From positions 4,939 to 68,938 of the forward strand of contig JBAYLE010000001.1 of the NCBI GenBank assembly GCA_041664225.1: 64,000 bases of DNA. Direction: 5' to 3'. Below, piece after piece: positions 1 through 9,159 of this stretch. Under the pieces are notes generated by a model. It was not told the DNA's origin and searched no databases. It saw only the letters and a list, made by a program, of their open reading frames with translations. How positions within the stretch are numbered: the first letter of the stretch is position 1; the number at the start of each line of letters is the position of its first letter. The DNA comes from Parcubacteria group bacterium. GTDB taxonomy: Bacteria > Patescibacteriota > Minisyncoccia > Moranbacterales > UBA2206. Made by a program: the position numbers and the translations under genes.

Positions 1-1323
1 AGAATTCCGGATGTTTTAGATACCTGGTTTGACAGCGGTTCGATGCCATACGCTCAAATGCATTACCCCTTTGAAAATCAGGAAAAATTCGAAAAAGGTT
101 TTCCGGCGGAATTTATCGCCGAAGGCGTCGATCAGACGCGCGCCTGGTTTTATTATCTGCATGTTATTGGAACGGCCATCAAGGATTCAAGAGCTTTTAA
201 CAATGTCATCGTGAACGGTATTGTTGTCGGTGAAGACGGCAAAAAATTAGCTAAACGTTTACAAAACTATCCAGATCCGATGGCGATGTTTGAAAAATAC
301 GGCGCGGATGCTTTGCGTTTTTATCTTATGTCCTCACCGGTTGTAGCGGCAGAAAATTTAAGTTTTAAAGAGTCAGACGTGGCTGACTTGGTGCGCGGCA
401 TGTTCCGAATGCTGTGGAATTCGTATTCGTTTTTCGTGTTGTATGCCAATATTGATAAGTTTCAAACTCAAAGCGAAAAGTTAAAAGTGAATAATCTTCT
501 CGACAAATGGATTATTTCTGAATTAAATTCATTGATAAAAGAAACAAATGTCGCTATGGAAAATTACGAGCTCAACAAGGCTTGTAGATTACTTCCAAAA
601 TTTATTGATAATCTTTCCAACTGGTACATCCGCCGCAGTCGAAAAAGATTTTGGAAAAGCGAAGATGACAATGATAAAAATGAAGCGTACCAAACTTTAT
701 ATACAGTTCTGCTGGAGCTGTCCAAATTAATGGCGCCATTTACACCTTTTGTCGCGGAAGAAATTTATAAAAATCTGACTGGCGAGGAATCAGTGCATTT
801 AGTGGATTTCCCAATGGCGAATGAAACATTAATTGATGAAAAATTAAATGAAGAAATGGAAACCGCGAGGAATATAATTACCCAAGCCTTGCAATTGCGC
901 GCCAAAGCGGGGATAAAAGTACGCCAGCCACTGTCGGAATTGCGGATTAAAAACTGCGAATTACGAAAAGAATTCGCTGATATTATAAAAGAGGAGGTTA
1001 ATGTTAAAGAAGTTATTGCTGATAAAAATAATGTTGAAGAAATTAAATTAAATACGGAAATTACTGAAGATTTGAGGCTCGAAGGCCAGGCTCGTGAAGT
1101 TATCCGCTTTGTTCAAGAAATGAGAAAAGAAGCTGGCTATGAGGTGGATAATCGCATCAAGGCGGCTTATTCTGGTGGGGACAAAATCTTTGCTAAGTTT
1201 GGAGATCTCATTCAAAGAGAGACACTTGCCACGGAATTTAGTTCTGGTAAGATAGAACAGGCTGATTTGGAAAAAGAATTCAGCTTGGATGGCGAAAGAA
1301 TAGAAATTTCGATAAAAAGATAA
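1..1323 (+). CDS. ileS: Isoleucyl-tRNA synthetase, C-terminal part (5' end lies outside the window)
   Basis: Frame 1 is open from nt 1 (RIPDVLDTWFDSGSMPY, a class I aaRS motif). KLAKRLQNYPDP matches the KMSKR-type motif of type-2 (eukaryote/archaeal-like) IleRS. The C-terminal anticodon-binding region is present. Confidence 0.85.
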   Translation, partial: RIPDVLDTWFDSGSMPYAQMHYPFENQEKFEKGFPAEFIAEGVDQTRAWFYYLHVIGTAIKDSRAFNNVIVNGIVVGEDGKKLAKRLQNYPDPMAMFEKYGADALRFYLMSSPVVAAENLSFKESDVADLVRGMFRMLWNSYSFFVLYANIDKFQTQSEKLKVNNLLDKWIISELNSLIKETNVAMENYELNKACRLLPKFIDNLSNWYIRRSRKRFWKSEDDNDKNEAYQTLYTVLLELSKLMAPFTPFVAEEIYKNLTGEESVHLVDFPMANETLIDEKLNEEMETARNIITQALQLRAKAGIKVRQPLSELRIKNCELRKEFADIIKEEVNVKEVIADKNNVEEIKLNTEITEDLRLEGQAREVIRFVQEMRKEAGYEVDNRIKAAYSGGDKIFAKFGDLIQRETLATEFSSGKIEQADLEKEFSLDGERIEISIKR

Positions 1324-1346
1324 AAAGGAAAAAGGAGGGAAAGTTC

Positions 1347-1643
1347 TTGAAATTAAAAAAGACGATGGGGGATATCAACGGGATAATCAAAAATAATCCT
1401 TTTGAGATCAAGACGTTAGTATTGGCTGTAGTCTTCGCGCTGACTGCAATTTGTTTGAATGTTTTTTTGCCTTCAGTTGTTGTGATCATTTTTCCAATTG
1501 TTGCTTTTGTAGCAGGGGCGGCTATTCCGTTTTTTTATCTATTATTGAAAGGCATTACGGAACACAAGAAAGATGAAAAACAACTAAGGAAGGAAACTGA
1601 ACTTAGAGAAAAGTCAGGATACAAAAGGAACGGAGCAAGTTAA
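1347..1643 (+). CDS. Small membrane protein (2 TM helices); TTG start with AGGAGG SD 8 nt upstream
   Basis: 98-aa ORF with two hydrophobic helices. GGAGGG at 1333-1339 precedes the TTG at 1347. A terminator follows. Confidence 0.5.
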   Translation: MKLKKTMGDINGIIKNNPFEIKTLVLAVVFALTAICLNVFLPSVVVIIFPIVAFVAGAAIPFFYLLLKGITEHKKDEKQLRKETELREKSGYKRNGAS

Positions 1644-1665
1644 AAGTAGAAATAAAAATGGGTTG

Positions 1666-1702
1666 AAGGCTGCGTTTTTTTTGCAGCCTTTTTTATTTTT
1701 TC
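1666..1702 (+). terminator. Rho-independent terminator (aaggctgc / gcagcctt stem plus T-run)
   Basis: An 8-bp perfect stem is followed by a T-run of more than 10 nt. Confidence 0.7.
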
Positions 1703-1733
1703 TTAAATTTAATAATTTCTGTATAATAAACAC

Positions 1734-2450
1734 ATGGACTACAAATATACCGGCATCATCCTGAATAAAAAAAATGTGGCCGAAACTGATCGTATTTATA
1801 CCATATATACCCAGGAAGCTGGAAAGATCAGAGTTTTGGGCAAGGGTGTTAGAAGGCCCAATGCTAAATTGGCTGGCAATCTCGAATCGCTAACTATGGC
1901 GGAAATTTTTGTCGCCAAAAGCCGGGGGATAGGTAAGATAACCGGCGCTATCGTTCTGGATAATTTTCTTGGAACAAAATCAAATCTAGACGCGCTAGGC
2001 AGGGTTGGAGATATTTTTAAAATTTTTGGGAAAATCATGGCTGAGCAAGAAAAGGATGAGCAGATTTTTGAAATTTTGGCGGGTTTTTTGACGAGTATGG
2101 ATAAATTGAGCGCGGAGGAAACTAGTGGTCGCAAAATGGATATTCTGTCCTTGGGTTTTTTGTTCAAGCTTCTGGGGGAAATGGGATATCGGCTGGAAGT
2201 GGGAAAATGCGTAAATTGTGGAGCTAAACTTCAACCGGAAAATAATTATTTTAGTCCGGCCAAGGGGGGCGTTTTGTGCGAAAGATGCCATACCGTAGAA
2301 AATAAAAGGCTTAAAATAAGCACTGAATCCATAAAACTAGTCAGAATTTTTATGAAGAATAAAATAGAAAATTTGGCGAAATTACAAGTGAGTCAAAAAG
2401 ATGTCAATAATCTCAAGGTTATCGTGCAAGAATCGATAAATTGGCTGTAG
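1734..2450 (+). CDS. recO: DNA repair protein RecO
   Basis: N-terminal OB-fold region plus a C-terminal zinc finger (CVNCGAKL...CERCH). TATAAT at 1722-1727 lies only 7 nt before the ATG, so the mRNA may be leaderless. Confidence 0.8.
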   Translation: MDYKYTGIILNKKNVAETDRIYTIYTQEAGKIRVLGKGVRRPNAKLAGNLESLTMAEIFVAKSRGIGKITGAIVLDNFLGTKSNLDALGRVGDIFKIFGKIMAEQEKDEQIFEILAGFLTSMDKLSAEETSGRKMDILSLGFLFKLLGEMGYRLEVGKCVNCGAKLQPENNYFSPAKGGVLCERCHTVENKRLKISTESIKLVRIFMKNKIENLAKLQVSQKDVNNLKVIVQESINWL

Positions 2451-2518
2451 GCTACTTTTCTTGCGGTTTGAAAAATAACGTCATTTCTGGTATTATTTAA
2501 TTGCAATAAAACAAAATT

Positions 2519-4420
2519 ATGTCGCTATCGGAAATAAAAAATAAACTATATTCAAAAGAAAAGGATGAAGACTTGTCACGACATAGTCAGAACGAGTTTG
2601 ATATCCAGGCTGCCATAAAAAAAGAGCAACCAGTCGTGTCCGGTGGCGATGTTTGGGAAGAAAGAAGTAGCGGATTGAGTAGCGAGCAAAAAAAAGCTTT
2701 TAAAATAGGCGCCTGGGCGGTTGTCGGAATTATTATTTTAACACTAGCGGTTTTTGGTATTTATAGATATATGCAATCTGCTTTCACGGAAGAGAGAGTG
2801 ATAACTAAAATTGATGGACCGGCTAGCGTTTCGAGCGGTGAGTTGCTGACATATGAAATTAGTTATACAAATAATAATCGAGTGGCACTTTCGGGCGCGA
2901 TTGTCCGGATTACTTATCCGGAAAGTTTCAAACCGGGGGAAAATACTAATTTTAAAATCGAAGGCCAAACAAGTGGAGTTTTCACAATCGGAGATATCTC
3001 CGGAAATAGCGGTGGCAAAGTTATTTTGAACGGAAATGTTTATAGCCCAAAAGGAACATTGATGTATATAAAAACCGATTTGATTTATACGCCTTCCAAC
3101 TTTAATAGCCAATTTGACTCCAAAAACCAGATGGGTGTTAATGTTAATACTTCACCCATCGATTTGGAAATTTTAGCGCCACAAAAAATATCTAGCGGAG
3201 ATTCAGTAGATTACCAAATAAACTATACCAATACTGGGAAGGAAGATTTTGATAATATTAAAGTGAGAGTTGAGTATCCGGATACTTTTATTTTTTCCCG
3301 AGCAAATCCGGCGGCTTCTGAAGAAAATAACATTTGGTATATTGGGCATCTGGCAGCCGGCCAATCAGGGAAAATTGTAGCCAGTGGCAGGCTTAATGGC
3401 GGCCGCGATGAAGTGAAAAATGTCAAAGCTTTTATTGGTACAAGCTACCAGACTCAGTTTGTCGGTTATAGCGAAGAACAGACTTCAACTGCGATGGTGG
3501 TACCGCCGATTGAAATTACCCAGTCGGTCAATGGTTTGAACGAGTATGTTACCAAATCTGGAGATAATCTGATGTTCCACATAACATACAAAAATAATGG
3601 GGATATAGACCTGAGAAATGTTGTTTTGAACGAGAAAATAGACAGTCCGATTCTGGATTATGCTTCGCTAACTCTGAAAAAGGGGGCGTTTGACCAAAAT
3701 AGCCATATGATTACATGGAAGGGCGTAGACGACCCGTCTTTAAAAAATTTGGCTGCTGGCCAGTCCGGGAAAGTCGAATTTTCTATCAAAGTCAAAAATG
3801 TGATACCGATAACGACCGCCAATGACAAAAATTATGTGATTTCGGCCACCGCCAAAATAGACAGTCCTGACATTCAGACTCCGATTAACTCCAATAAAAT
3901 TGTTTCCGGAAATAATATTGATATAAAGTTGAATTCAAAACTCGTATTTGACATGAAGGGATATTATAATGATTCGGCAATTTCTAATTCAGGGCCTATC
4001 CCTCCGAAAGTTGGCGTGGCAACCACTTATACTATCCACTGGAAAGCTATCAATGTCTCTAACGATATAAGCGACGCTAAGGTAAGCGCGACTCTGCCGA
4101 CGGGGGTAACGATGACGGGCAAAATTTCTCCAGATGACGGCAAATTAACCTATAATTCCAGAGACAACAGCGTGCTTTGGGATATCGGGAATATTCCAGC
4201 CGGAACAGGAATACTTAATGCTCCATTGGAAATTGCTTTTCAGGTGCAAGTGACGCCGGCGCTTAATCAACTTGATAATGAAGTGATTCTGGTCAACCCG
4301 GTGACTTTTTCCGCTAAAGATTTATTCACTGGCAATAATCTATCGGTATCTACGGAAAAGAAAAGCACTCTCTTGATTGAGGACGCAGGTATCGGCACAG
4401 GCTATAAGGTGGTTAATTAG
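2519..4420 (+). CDS. Large membrane-anchored surface protein with DUF11-like repeats
   Basis: One TM helix near aa 65-85, then repeated motifs of the form xxYxNxGxxxxxNVxxxxxxP (ISYTNNNRVALSGAIVRITYPESF, INYTNTGKEDFDNIKVRVEYPDTF, ITYKNNGDIDLRNVVLNEKI). These resemble DUF11 repeats of CPR/Gram-positive surface proteins. Confidence 0.55.
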   Translation: MSLSEIKNKLYSKEKDEDLSRHSQNEFDIQAAIKKEQPVVSGGDVWEERSSGLSSEQKKAFKIGAWAVVGIIILTLAVFGIYRYMQSAFTEERVITKIDGPASVSSGELLTYEISYTNNNRVALSGAIVRITYPESFKPGENTNFKIEGQTSGVFTIGDISGNSGGKVILNGNVYSPKGTLMYIKTDLIYTPSNFNSQFDSKNQMGVNVNTSPIDLEILAPQKISSGDSVDYQINYTNTGKEDFDNIKVRVEYPDTFIFSRANPAASEENNIWYIGHLAAGQSGKIVASGRLNGGRDEVKNVKAFIGTSYQTQFVGYSEEQTSTAMVVPPIEITQSVNGLNEYVTKSGDNLMFHITYKNNGDIDLRNVVLNEKIDSPILDYASLTLKKGAFDQNSHMITWKGVDDPSLKNLAAGQSGKVEFSIKVKNVIPITTANDKNYVISATAKIDSPDIQTPINSNKIVSGNNIDIKLNSKLVFDMKGYYNDSAISNSGPIPPKVGVATTYTIHWKAINVSNDISDAKVSATLPTGVTMTGKISPDDGKLTYNSRDNSVLWDIGNIPAGTGILNAPLEIAFQVQVTPALNQLDNEVILVNPVTFSAKDLFTGNNLSVSTEKKSTLLIEDAGIGTGYKVVN

Positions 4421-4425
4421 TAAAA

Positions 4426-5655
4426 ATGTTTGAATTAATCGCGAGAAAACCTGCCCGTCCGGCAGGCGGGGAAAAAACTAGGACTGGCAAAATAAAAACA
4501 AAAAACGGAGAAATATTCACTCCGTTTTTTATGCCTGACGCGACGCGTGGCTTTGTAAAGTCTTTAAGCAAAAATGATCTTGAAAAAATCGGAGTCAAGC
4601 CGATGGTGGTGAATACTTATCATTTATATTTGCAACCCGGAACTGAGCTCATTAAAAAAGCTGGAGGCATTCACAAATTTATGCACTGGGACGCGCCGCT
4701 GCTTTCTGATTCGGGAGGATATCAAATTTTTTCCTTGATTCACAAAAATCCGCAGAATGGGAAAATTACCGATGAAAAAGCGGTGTTTAAATCTCCTCTA
4801 GACGGTTCGATGCACGAGATAACTCCGGAAAAATCTATCCAAATCCAGTTTGACCTGGGCGTGGATATGATGGTGGTTTTGGATGATGTGCCGCCCAACA
4901 ATTATTCCAAAGAAAAAATCAAAGACGCTGTTGAGCGGACGATTAAGTGGGCGGAGCGATGTATGATTGAATATAAAAAACAGTTGAAAATTAGAAAAAT
5001 AAAAAAGGAAGAAAGGCCGCTGATTTTTTGTGTTATCCAGGGCGGAGCATATGCTGATTTAAGAAAAATGTGCGCGGATAAATTAATCAAGATTGGACTC
5101 TCCGCCAAAGGCGGACCAGCCGTAGGCTGGGATGGCTACGGTTTTGGTGCCAGGCACATTGACGCGGAAGGCAATTTAATGGAAGAAGTCGTACGCGAAA
5201 CTGCCGAACTGATTCCGGAAAATTCCTTGCGTTTTGCGTTGGGAGTCGGCACGCCGGAGGATATCGTGAAATTTGTTTCTTTAGGCTGGGATTGTTTCGA
5301 TTGCGTGATTCCGACGAGAGAGGGAAGACATGGCCGATTGTTTCTCTGGGAGAAACAATCGGAATTTCCAATTTCCAAATCCCAATTTCCAAATAAAATC
5401 CAATCCCGAGTACTCGGGACAAAATCCAAAATAAAAAAGTCATTTTACAAGACAATCAATATTAATAATGAATGTTTTAAAGATGATTTTTCGCCGGTTG
5501 ATATAAATTGCAGTTGCGAACTCTGCCGAAATCATACCCGCGCCTATCTCAAACATCTTTTTGCTACAGGCGATCCGCTGGCGATGCGCTTAGCTTCAAT
5601 GCACAATTTGAAATTCTATCTTGACCTTATGAAAAAATTGCGGGATAATGCCTAA
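4426..5655 (+). CDS. tgt: Queuine tRNA-ribosyltransferase, carrying a roughly 30-aa in-frame low-complexity insertion
   Basis: LQPGTELIKKAGGIHKFMHWDAPLLSDSGGYQIF, DCVIPTREGRHGRLF, and a Zn site CSCELCRNHTRAYLKHL. Extra segment WEKQSEFPISKSQFPNKIQSRVLGTKSKIKK lies between the GRHGRLF and CxC motifs. Confidence 0.85.
   Translation: MFELIARKPARPAGGEKTRTGKIKTKNGEIFTPFFMPDATRGFVKSLSKNDLEKIGVKPMVVNTYHLYLQPGTELIKKAGGIHKFMHWDAPLLSDSGGYQIFSLIHKNPQNGKITDEKAVFKSPLDGSMHEITPEKSIQIQFDLGVDMMVVLDDVPPNNYSKEKIKDAVERTIKWAERCMIEYKKQLKIRKIKKEERPLIFCVIQGGAYADLRKMCADKLIKIGLSAKGGPAVGWDGYGFGARHIDAEGNLMEEVVRETAELIPENSLRFALGVGTPEDIVKFVSLGWDCFDCVIPTREGRHGRLFLWEKQSEFPISKSQFPNKIQSRVLGTKSKIKKSFYKTININNECFKDDFSPVDINCSCELCRNHTRAYLKHLFATGDPLAMRLASMHNLKFYLDLMKKLRDNA
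5363..5440 (+). repeat. Low-complexity aatttccaa-type repeats plus the 16-bp perfect palindrome TCCCGAGTACTCGGGA (5404-5419), in frame inside tgt
   Basis: Direct reading of the sequence. The same palindrome recurs at 63415-63430. Confidence 0.7.
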
Positions 5656-5657
5656 CT

Positions 5658-6935
5658 ATGAAAAAGACAGAACTTCTTGCTCCCGCTGGGAGCCCGGAAA
5701 AATTGAAATATGCGATTCAATACGAGGCGGACGCGGTTTATTGCGGCCTACCCGATTTTTCTATGCGCCGGCGGATTAACAGTTTCTCGGAAAAAACGCT
5801 GGCTGAGGCGGTAAAATTTGCGCATGCGAGAAAAAAGAAAATTTATGTGACGGTAAATACTTATCCGCATAATGATCAATTTACTTTGATTGCTAAACAT
5901 CTGAAATTTTTGGCAAAAATAAAACCGGACGCGATCATTATTTCAGATCCCGGCGTTTTGGAATTGGCGAAAAAAAATGCGCCGGGAATTCCGGTTCATC
6001 TTTCTACGCAGGCTAACGCCATTAATTGGCAGGCGGTGAAATTTTGGGCTGCTCAGGGAGTAGAGAGAGTTATCTTGGCGCGTGAAGTTACCTTAGCGGA
6101 AATAAAAGAAATTCATGAGAAAGTTCCGGAGGTGGAACTGGAGTGTTTTGTGCATGGCGCGATGTGTATGAGTTATTCCGGTCGCTGTATTTTGAGCGCT
6201 TGGATGACGGGGCGCAGTGCCAATTTGGGGGATTGCGCGCAGCCGTGCCGGTGGAAATATGGTCGCGTAACGCATAATGTGGAACGTGAAACGCTATTGA
6301 TGAGTATCGAAGATGAAAAGAAAAAATTCGAAATTGATTTGGAGGAGGACAAAAATGGAACCTATTTTTTCAACAGTCAGGATATGAATTTATTGGAGCA
6401 TTTGGACAAGCTGAAAAAAGCGGGAATAATTTCTTTCAAAATCGAAGGCAGAAATAAAAGCGTATATTATGTCGCCACGGTTTGCCGAGCCTATCGCAAA
6501 GTGTTGGACGCGTTGGCGAAAAAAGTTGTGGCCAAGAAACTTAAAAAAATTATTGAGGATCAACAAAAAGAATTAGGGAAGCTTATGCATCGAGGATATA
6601 CCAATGGTTTTTTGTTTGGGCATGATCCGAAACATGATTTTAAAAAATCGCACAAAAAGTGTGATTACGAATTTGTCGGCGAAGTAGTTGAAAGTTGGGG
6701 AAAAACCCTGACTGTCCAGGTTCATAATGCAATCAATCTGAAAGATAAAATAGAAGTTATAGATCCGAACAAAAATACACCAATCAAGATTAAAAAAATT
6801 TTTAATCAGGACAAAAAAGAAGTAAAATCCGCTCATGGTGGCCATGACCAGCTGTATTTTTTCAAAATAGACAAGGAAAAAATAAAACAGGGGGCACTGC
6901 TGCGTAGGGTTGTAAAAATGATAAAAACGAGTTAA
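5658..6935 (+). CDS. Peptidase U32 family protein (PrtC/TrhP/RlhA-like)
   Basis: N-terminus MKKTELLAPAGSPEKLKYAIQYEADAVYCGLPDFSMRRR is typical of U32. The Cys-rich segment CMSYSGRCILSAWMTGRSANLGDCAQPC is present. Confidence 0.75.
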   Translation: MKKTELLAPAGSPEKLKYAIQYEADAVYCGLPDFSMRRRINSFSEKTLAEAVKFAHARKKKIYVTVNTYPHNDQFTLIAKHLKFLAKIKPDAIIISDPGVLELAKKNAPGIPVHLSTQANAINWQAVKFWAAQGVERVILAREVTLAEIKEIHEKVPEVELECFVHGAMCMSYSGRCILSAWMTGRSANLGDCAQPCRWKYGRVTHNVERETLLMSIEDEKKKFEIDLEEDKNGTYFFNSQDMNLLEHLDKLKKAGIISFKIEGRNKSVYYVATVCRAYRKVLDALAKKVVAKKLKKIIEDQQKELGKLMHRGYTNGFLFGHDPKHDFKKSHKKCDYEFVGEVVESWGKTLTVQVHNAINLKDKIEVIDPNKNTPIKIKKIFNQDKKEVKSAHGGHDQLYFFKIDKEKIKQGALLRRVVKMIKTS

Positions 6936-6956
6936 AATTGAATAAAATACAATATT

Positions 6957-8357
6957 ATGGCTACAAAAGAACTAAATTCTATGGAAAAAATCGTCTCTCT
7001 TTGTAAAAGGCGGGGGTTTGTGTTCCCGTCCTCGGAAATTTATGGGGGACTCGCGGCGATTTATGATTATGGCCATTACGGGACACTGCTCAAAAACAAC
7101 ATTTGTGATGAGTGGTGGAAGCATATGGTGCAATATCGAGACGACGTAGTGGGACTCGACAGCGCGATCTTCATGCATCCAACTACCTGGAAGGCTTCCG
7201 GGCACATCGACAGTTTTGACGATCCACAGATTGATTGTAAAAAATGCAAAGCCCGGATGCGTGCTGATCATGTGCTGGAACTCTTTGGAATTAGCGCCGA
7301 CAAACAGCCGCTGGATTTTATTAATATTGAACTAAAAAAACTGAGAGAATTGGGAAAATTAAAATGTCAGAGTTGTGGCTCGGCAGATTTGACCGAAGCC
7401 AAAAGATTTTCTTTGATGGTAAAATCTAATCTGGGTTCCCCCACTGATGCGCTTTCCGAGGAACATGTAGTGTATTTGCGTCCGGAAACTTGCGGAGGAA
7501 TATATCTCGAATACAAAAACACGCTGGATTCCACGCGCGTGAAACTGCCGTTCGGCATTGCCCAAGTCGGAAAAGCTTTTCGCAATGAAATCATCGCCCG
7601 CCAGTTTATTTTTCGCACGCGTGAATTTGAACAGATGGAGATGCAATATTTTTTGCATCCCAAGGATATGAATGAGAAATATGAAATGTGGAAAGACACA
7701 CGCTGGAGATGGTATTTAGAATATGGAATCGGAGAAAAAGATATCCGTTGGTATGAACATGAAAAATTGGCGCATTACGCTTCGCAAGCTTATGATGTGG
7801 AATATAATTTCAAGTCGCTGGGCGGATTCAAAGAAGTGGAGGGCATTCACGCGCGCGGTGACTGGGATCTTTCGCAACACTCGAAATTTTCCGGAGTTGA
7901 TCTCTCGTATCTTGACGAAAAGACCGGGGAAAAATTTATTCCGCACATTATGGAAACTTCGGTGGGGCTCAATAGACTATTTTTTATGTTTATTGACAAG
8001 GCCTATACGGAAGAAAAAACTGGTGGAGAAATCAGGACCATGCTCAAGCTGGACAAACGGCTGGCGCCGATCAAAGTCGCCATTTTCCCGCTGTTGCGCA
8101 ACAAGCCGGAATTGGTGGCCAAGGCCAGAGAAATTTACGAAAGTCTCAAACCACAGTTTATGTGCGAATTTGATGACAATGGAAATGTCGGTAAAAGATA
8201 CAGAAGGCAGGACGAAATCGGGACGCCATATTGCGTGACAGTGGATTTTGACACCCTAGAAGACAGTGCCGTTACTGTGCGCGACCGGGATACGATGCAA
8301 CAGGAGAGGGTAAAAATTGAAGAATTAAAAAATTATTTTAGTGAAAAATTAAACTAA
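6957..8357 (+). CDS. glyS: Glycyl-tRNA synthetase, archaeal/eukaryote-type homodimeric form
   Basis: EIYGGLAAIYDYGHYG, class II motifs (FRNEIIARQFIFRTREFEQMEMQYF), and a C-terminal anticodon-binding domain. Confidence 0.85.
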   Translation: MATKELNSMEKIVSLCKRRGFVFPSSEIYGGLAAIYDYGHYGTLLKNNICDEWWKHMVQYRDDVVGLDSAIFMHPTTWKASGHIDSFDDPQIDCKKCKARMRADHVLELFGISADKQPLDFINIELKKLRELGKLKCQSCGSADLTEAKRFSLMVKSNLGSPTDALSEEHVVYLRPETCGGIYLEYKNTLDSTRVKLPFGIAQVGKAFRNEIIARQFIFRTREFEQMEMQYFLHPKDMNEKYEMWKDTRWRWYLEYGIGEKDIRWYEHEKLAHYASQAYDVEYNFKSLGGFKEVEGIHARGDWDLSQHSKFSGVDLSYLDEKTGEKFIPHIMETSVGLNRLFFMFIDKAYTEEKTGGEIRTMLKLDKRLAPIKVAIFPLLRNKPELVAKAREIYESLKPQFMCEFDDNGNVGKRYRRQDEIGTPYCVTVDFDTLEDSAVTVRDRDTMQQERVKIEELKNYFSEKLN

Positions 8358-8358
8358 A

Positions 8359-9159
8359 ATGGATATCTTCGAACAATTAAAAAACACAGATCCTTACGCC
8401 CAGGAGGGAAAGGATATGGCTGATGCGGCTGTCGCTGAAATTAGGGAAAGGATAAAGGACCAAATCTTGTTCCTTAAAGAAAATTCACAGGATCCCAATA
8501 TAAAGAATCATTTGAAGATGGTAAACAAAGAAAACTGGGATGCTCTGCTAGGCGGCCTTTCAAATCAGGACATCATCGACTTCAACGAGGTTATCTTAAA
8601 AAGAAATTGGAAGCAATATTTAGAGAGGAATAAGGAAGAAATGCTAACAAAATATTATCAAGAAAAATTTGAAAACAAAAGTGACAAACTTCTGGCCAAA
8701 GACGCAACGATGTCAAATCCCGCAGATGAATTTCGTTTCTCTTTTAGGGCTATGATAAAACATTATGCCAGAAACTGCGAGATTGATGAAGAAACGAAAA
8801 AAAGGGAAAAAGAAAGAGATGAATTAAAAAAGACTTTTCAGAAAAAGTTGGAAGATATAAGAGGCGATCGGCCGCACGTAGTGGCCGTGATTGAAGAGCT
8901 AGACATGGATATGTTGCGCAAAGCTGATTACGAGGTGATTATAAATCTGGACAAACAGCATTTTCAAGGCTATGAAGAAAAGTTAAAAAACTATTTCAGC
9001 ATGAAAGTTGGCAGCACGAGGGAAGCGCGCCCGGAGGATATAAAAGCAGAGATCATAAGGGAAGATCCTCGATTTAAGTATTACTGCGCCCTGAGAACGG
9101 CGCTTGGGATGAAGGGTCCGTGCACTCCAGAAATTTTTTTAAACAATCAAAGAATATGA
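8359..9159 (+). CDS. Hypothetical charged, helical protein
   Basis: 266-aa K/E-rich ORF with host-like codon usage. No recognisable motif. Confidence 0.4.
   Translation: MDIFEQLKNTDPYAQEGKDMADAAVAEIRERIKDQILFLKENSQDPNIKNHLKMVNKENWDALLGGLSNQDIIDFNEVILKRNWKQYLERNKEEMLTKYYQEKFENKSDKLLAKDATMSNPADEFRFSFRAMIKHYARNCEIDEETKKREKERDELKKTFQKKLEDIRGDRPHVVAVIEELDMDMLRKADYEVIINLDKQHFQGYEEKLKNYFSMKVGSTREARPEDIKAEIIREDPRFKYYCALRTALGMKGPCTPEIFLNNQRI

Noticed and set aside
28-48. GGTTCGATGCC, a tRNA T-arm-like string
   Set aside because: It lies inside the ileS reading frame (DSGSMPY) with no cloverleaf context. No tRNA genes were found in any sizeable intergenic region.
5087-5455. Minus-strand ORFs within tgt (122 and 97 aa)
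   Set aside because: Antisense or alternative-frame shadows of a well-supported tgt.
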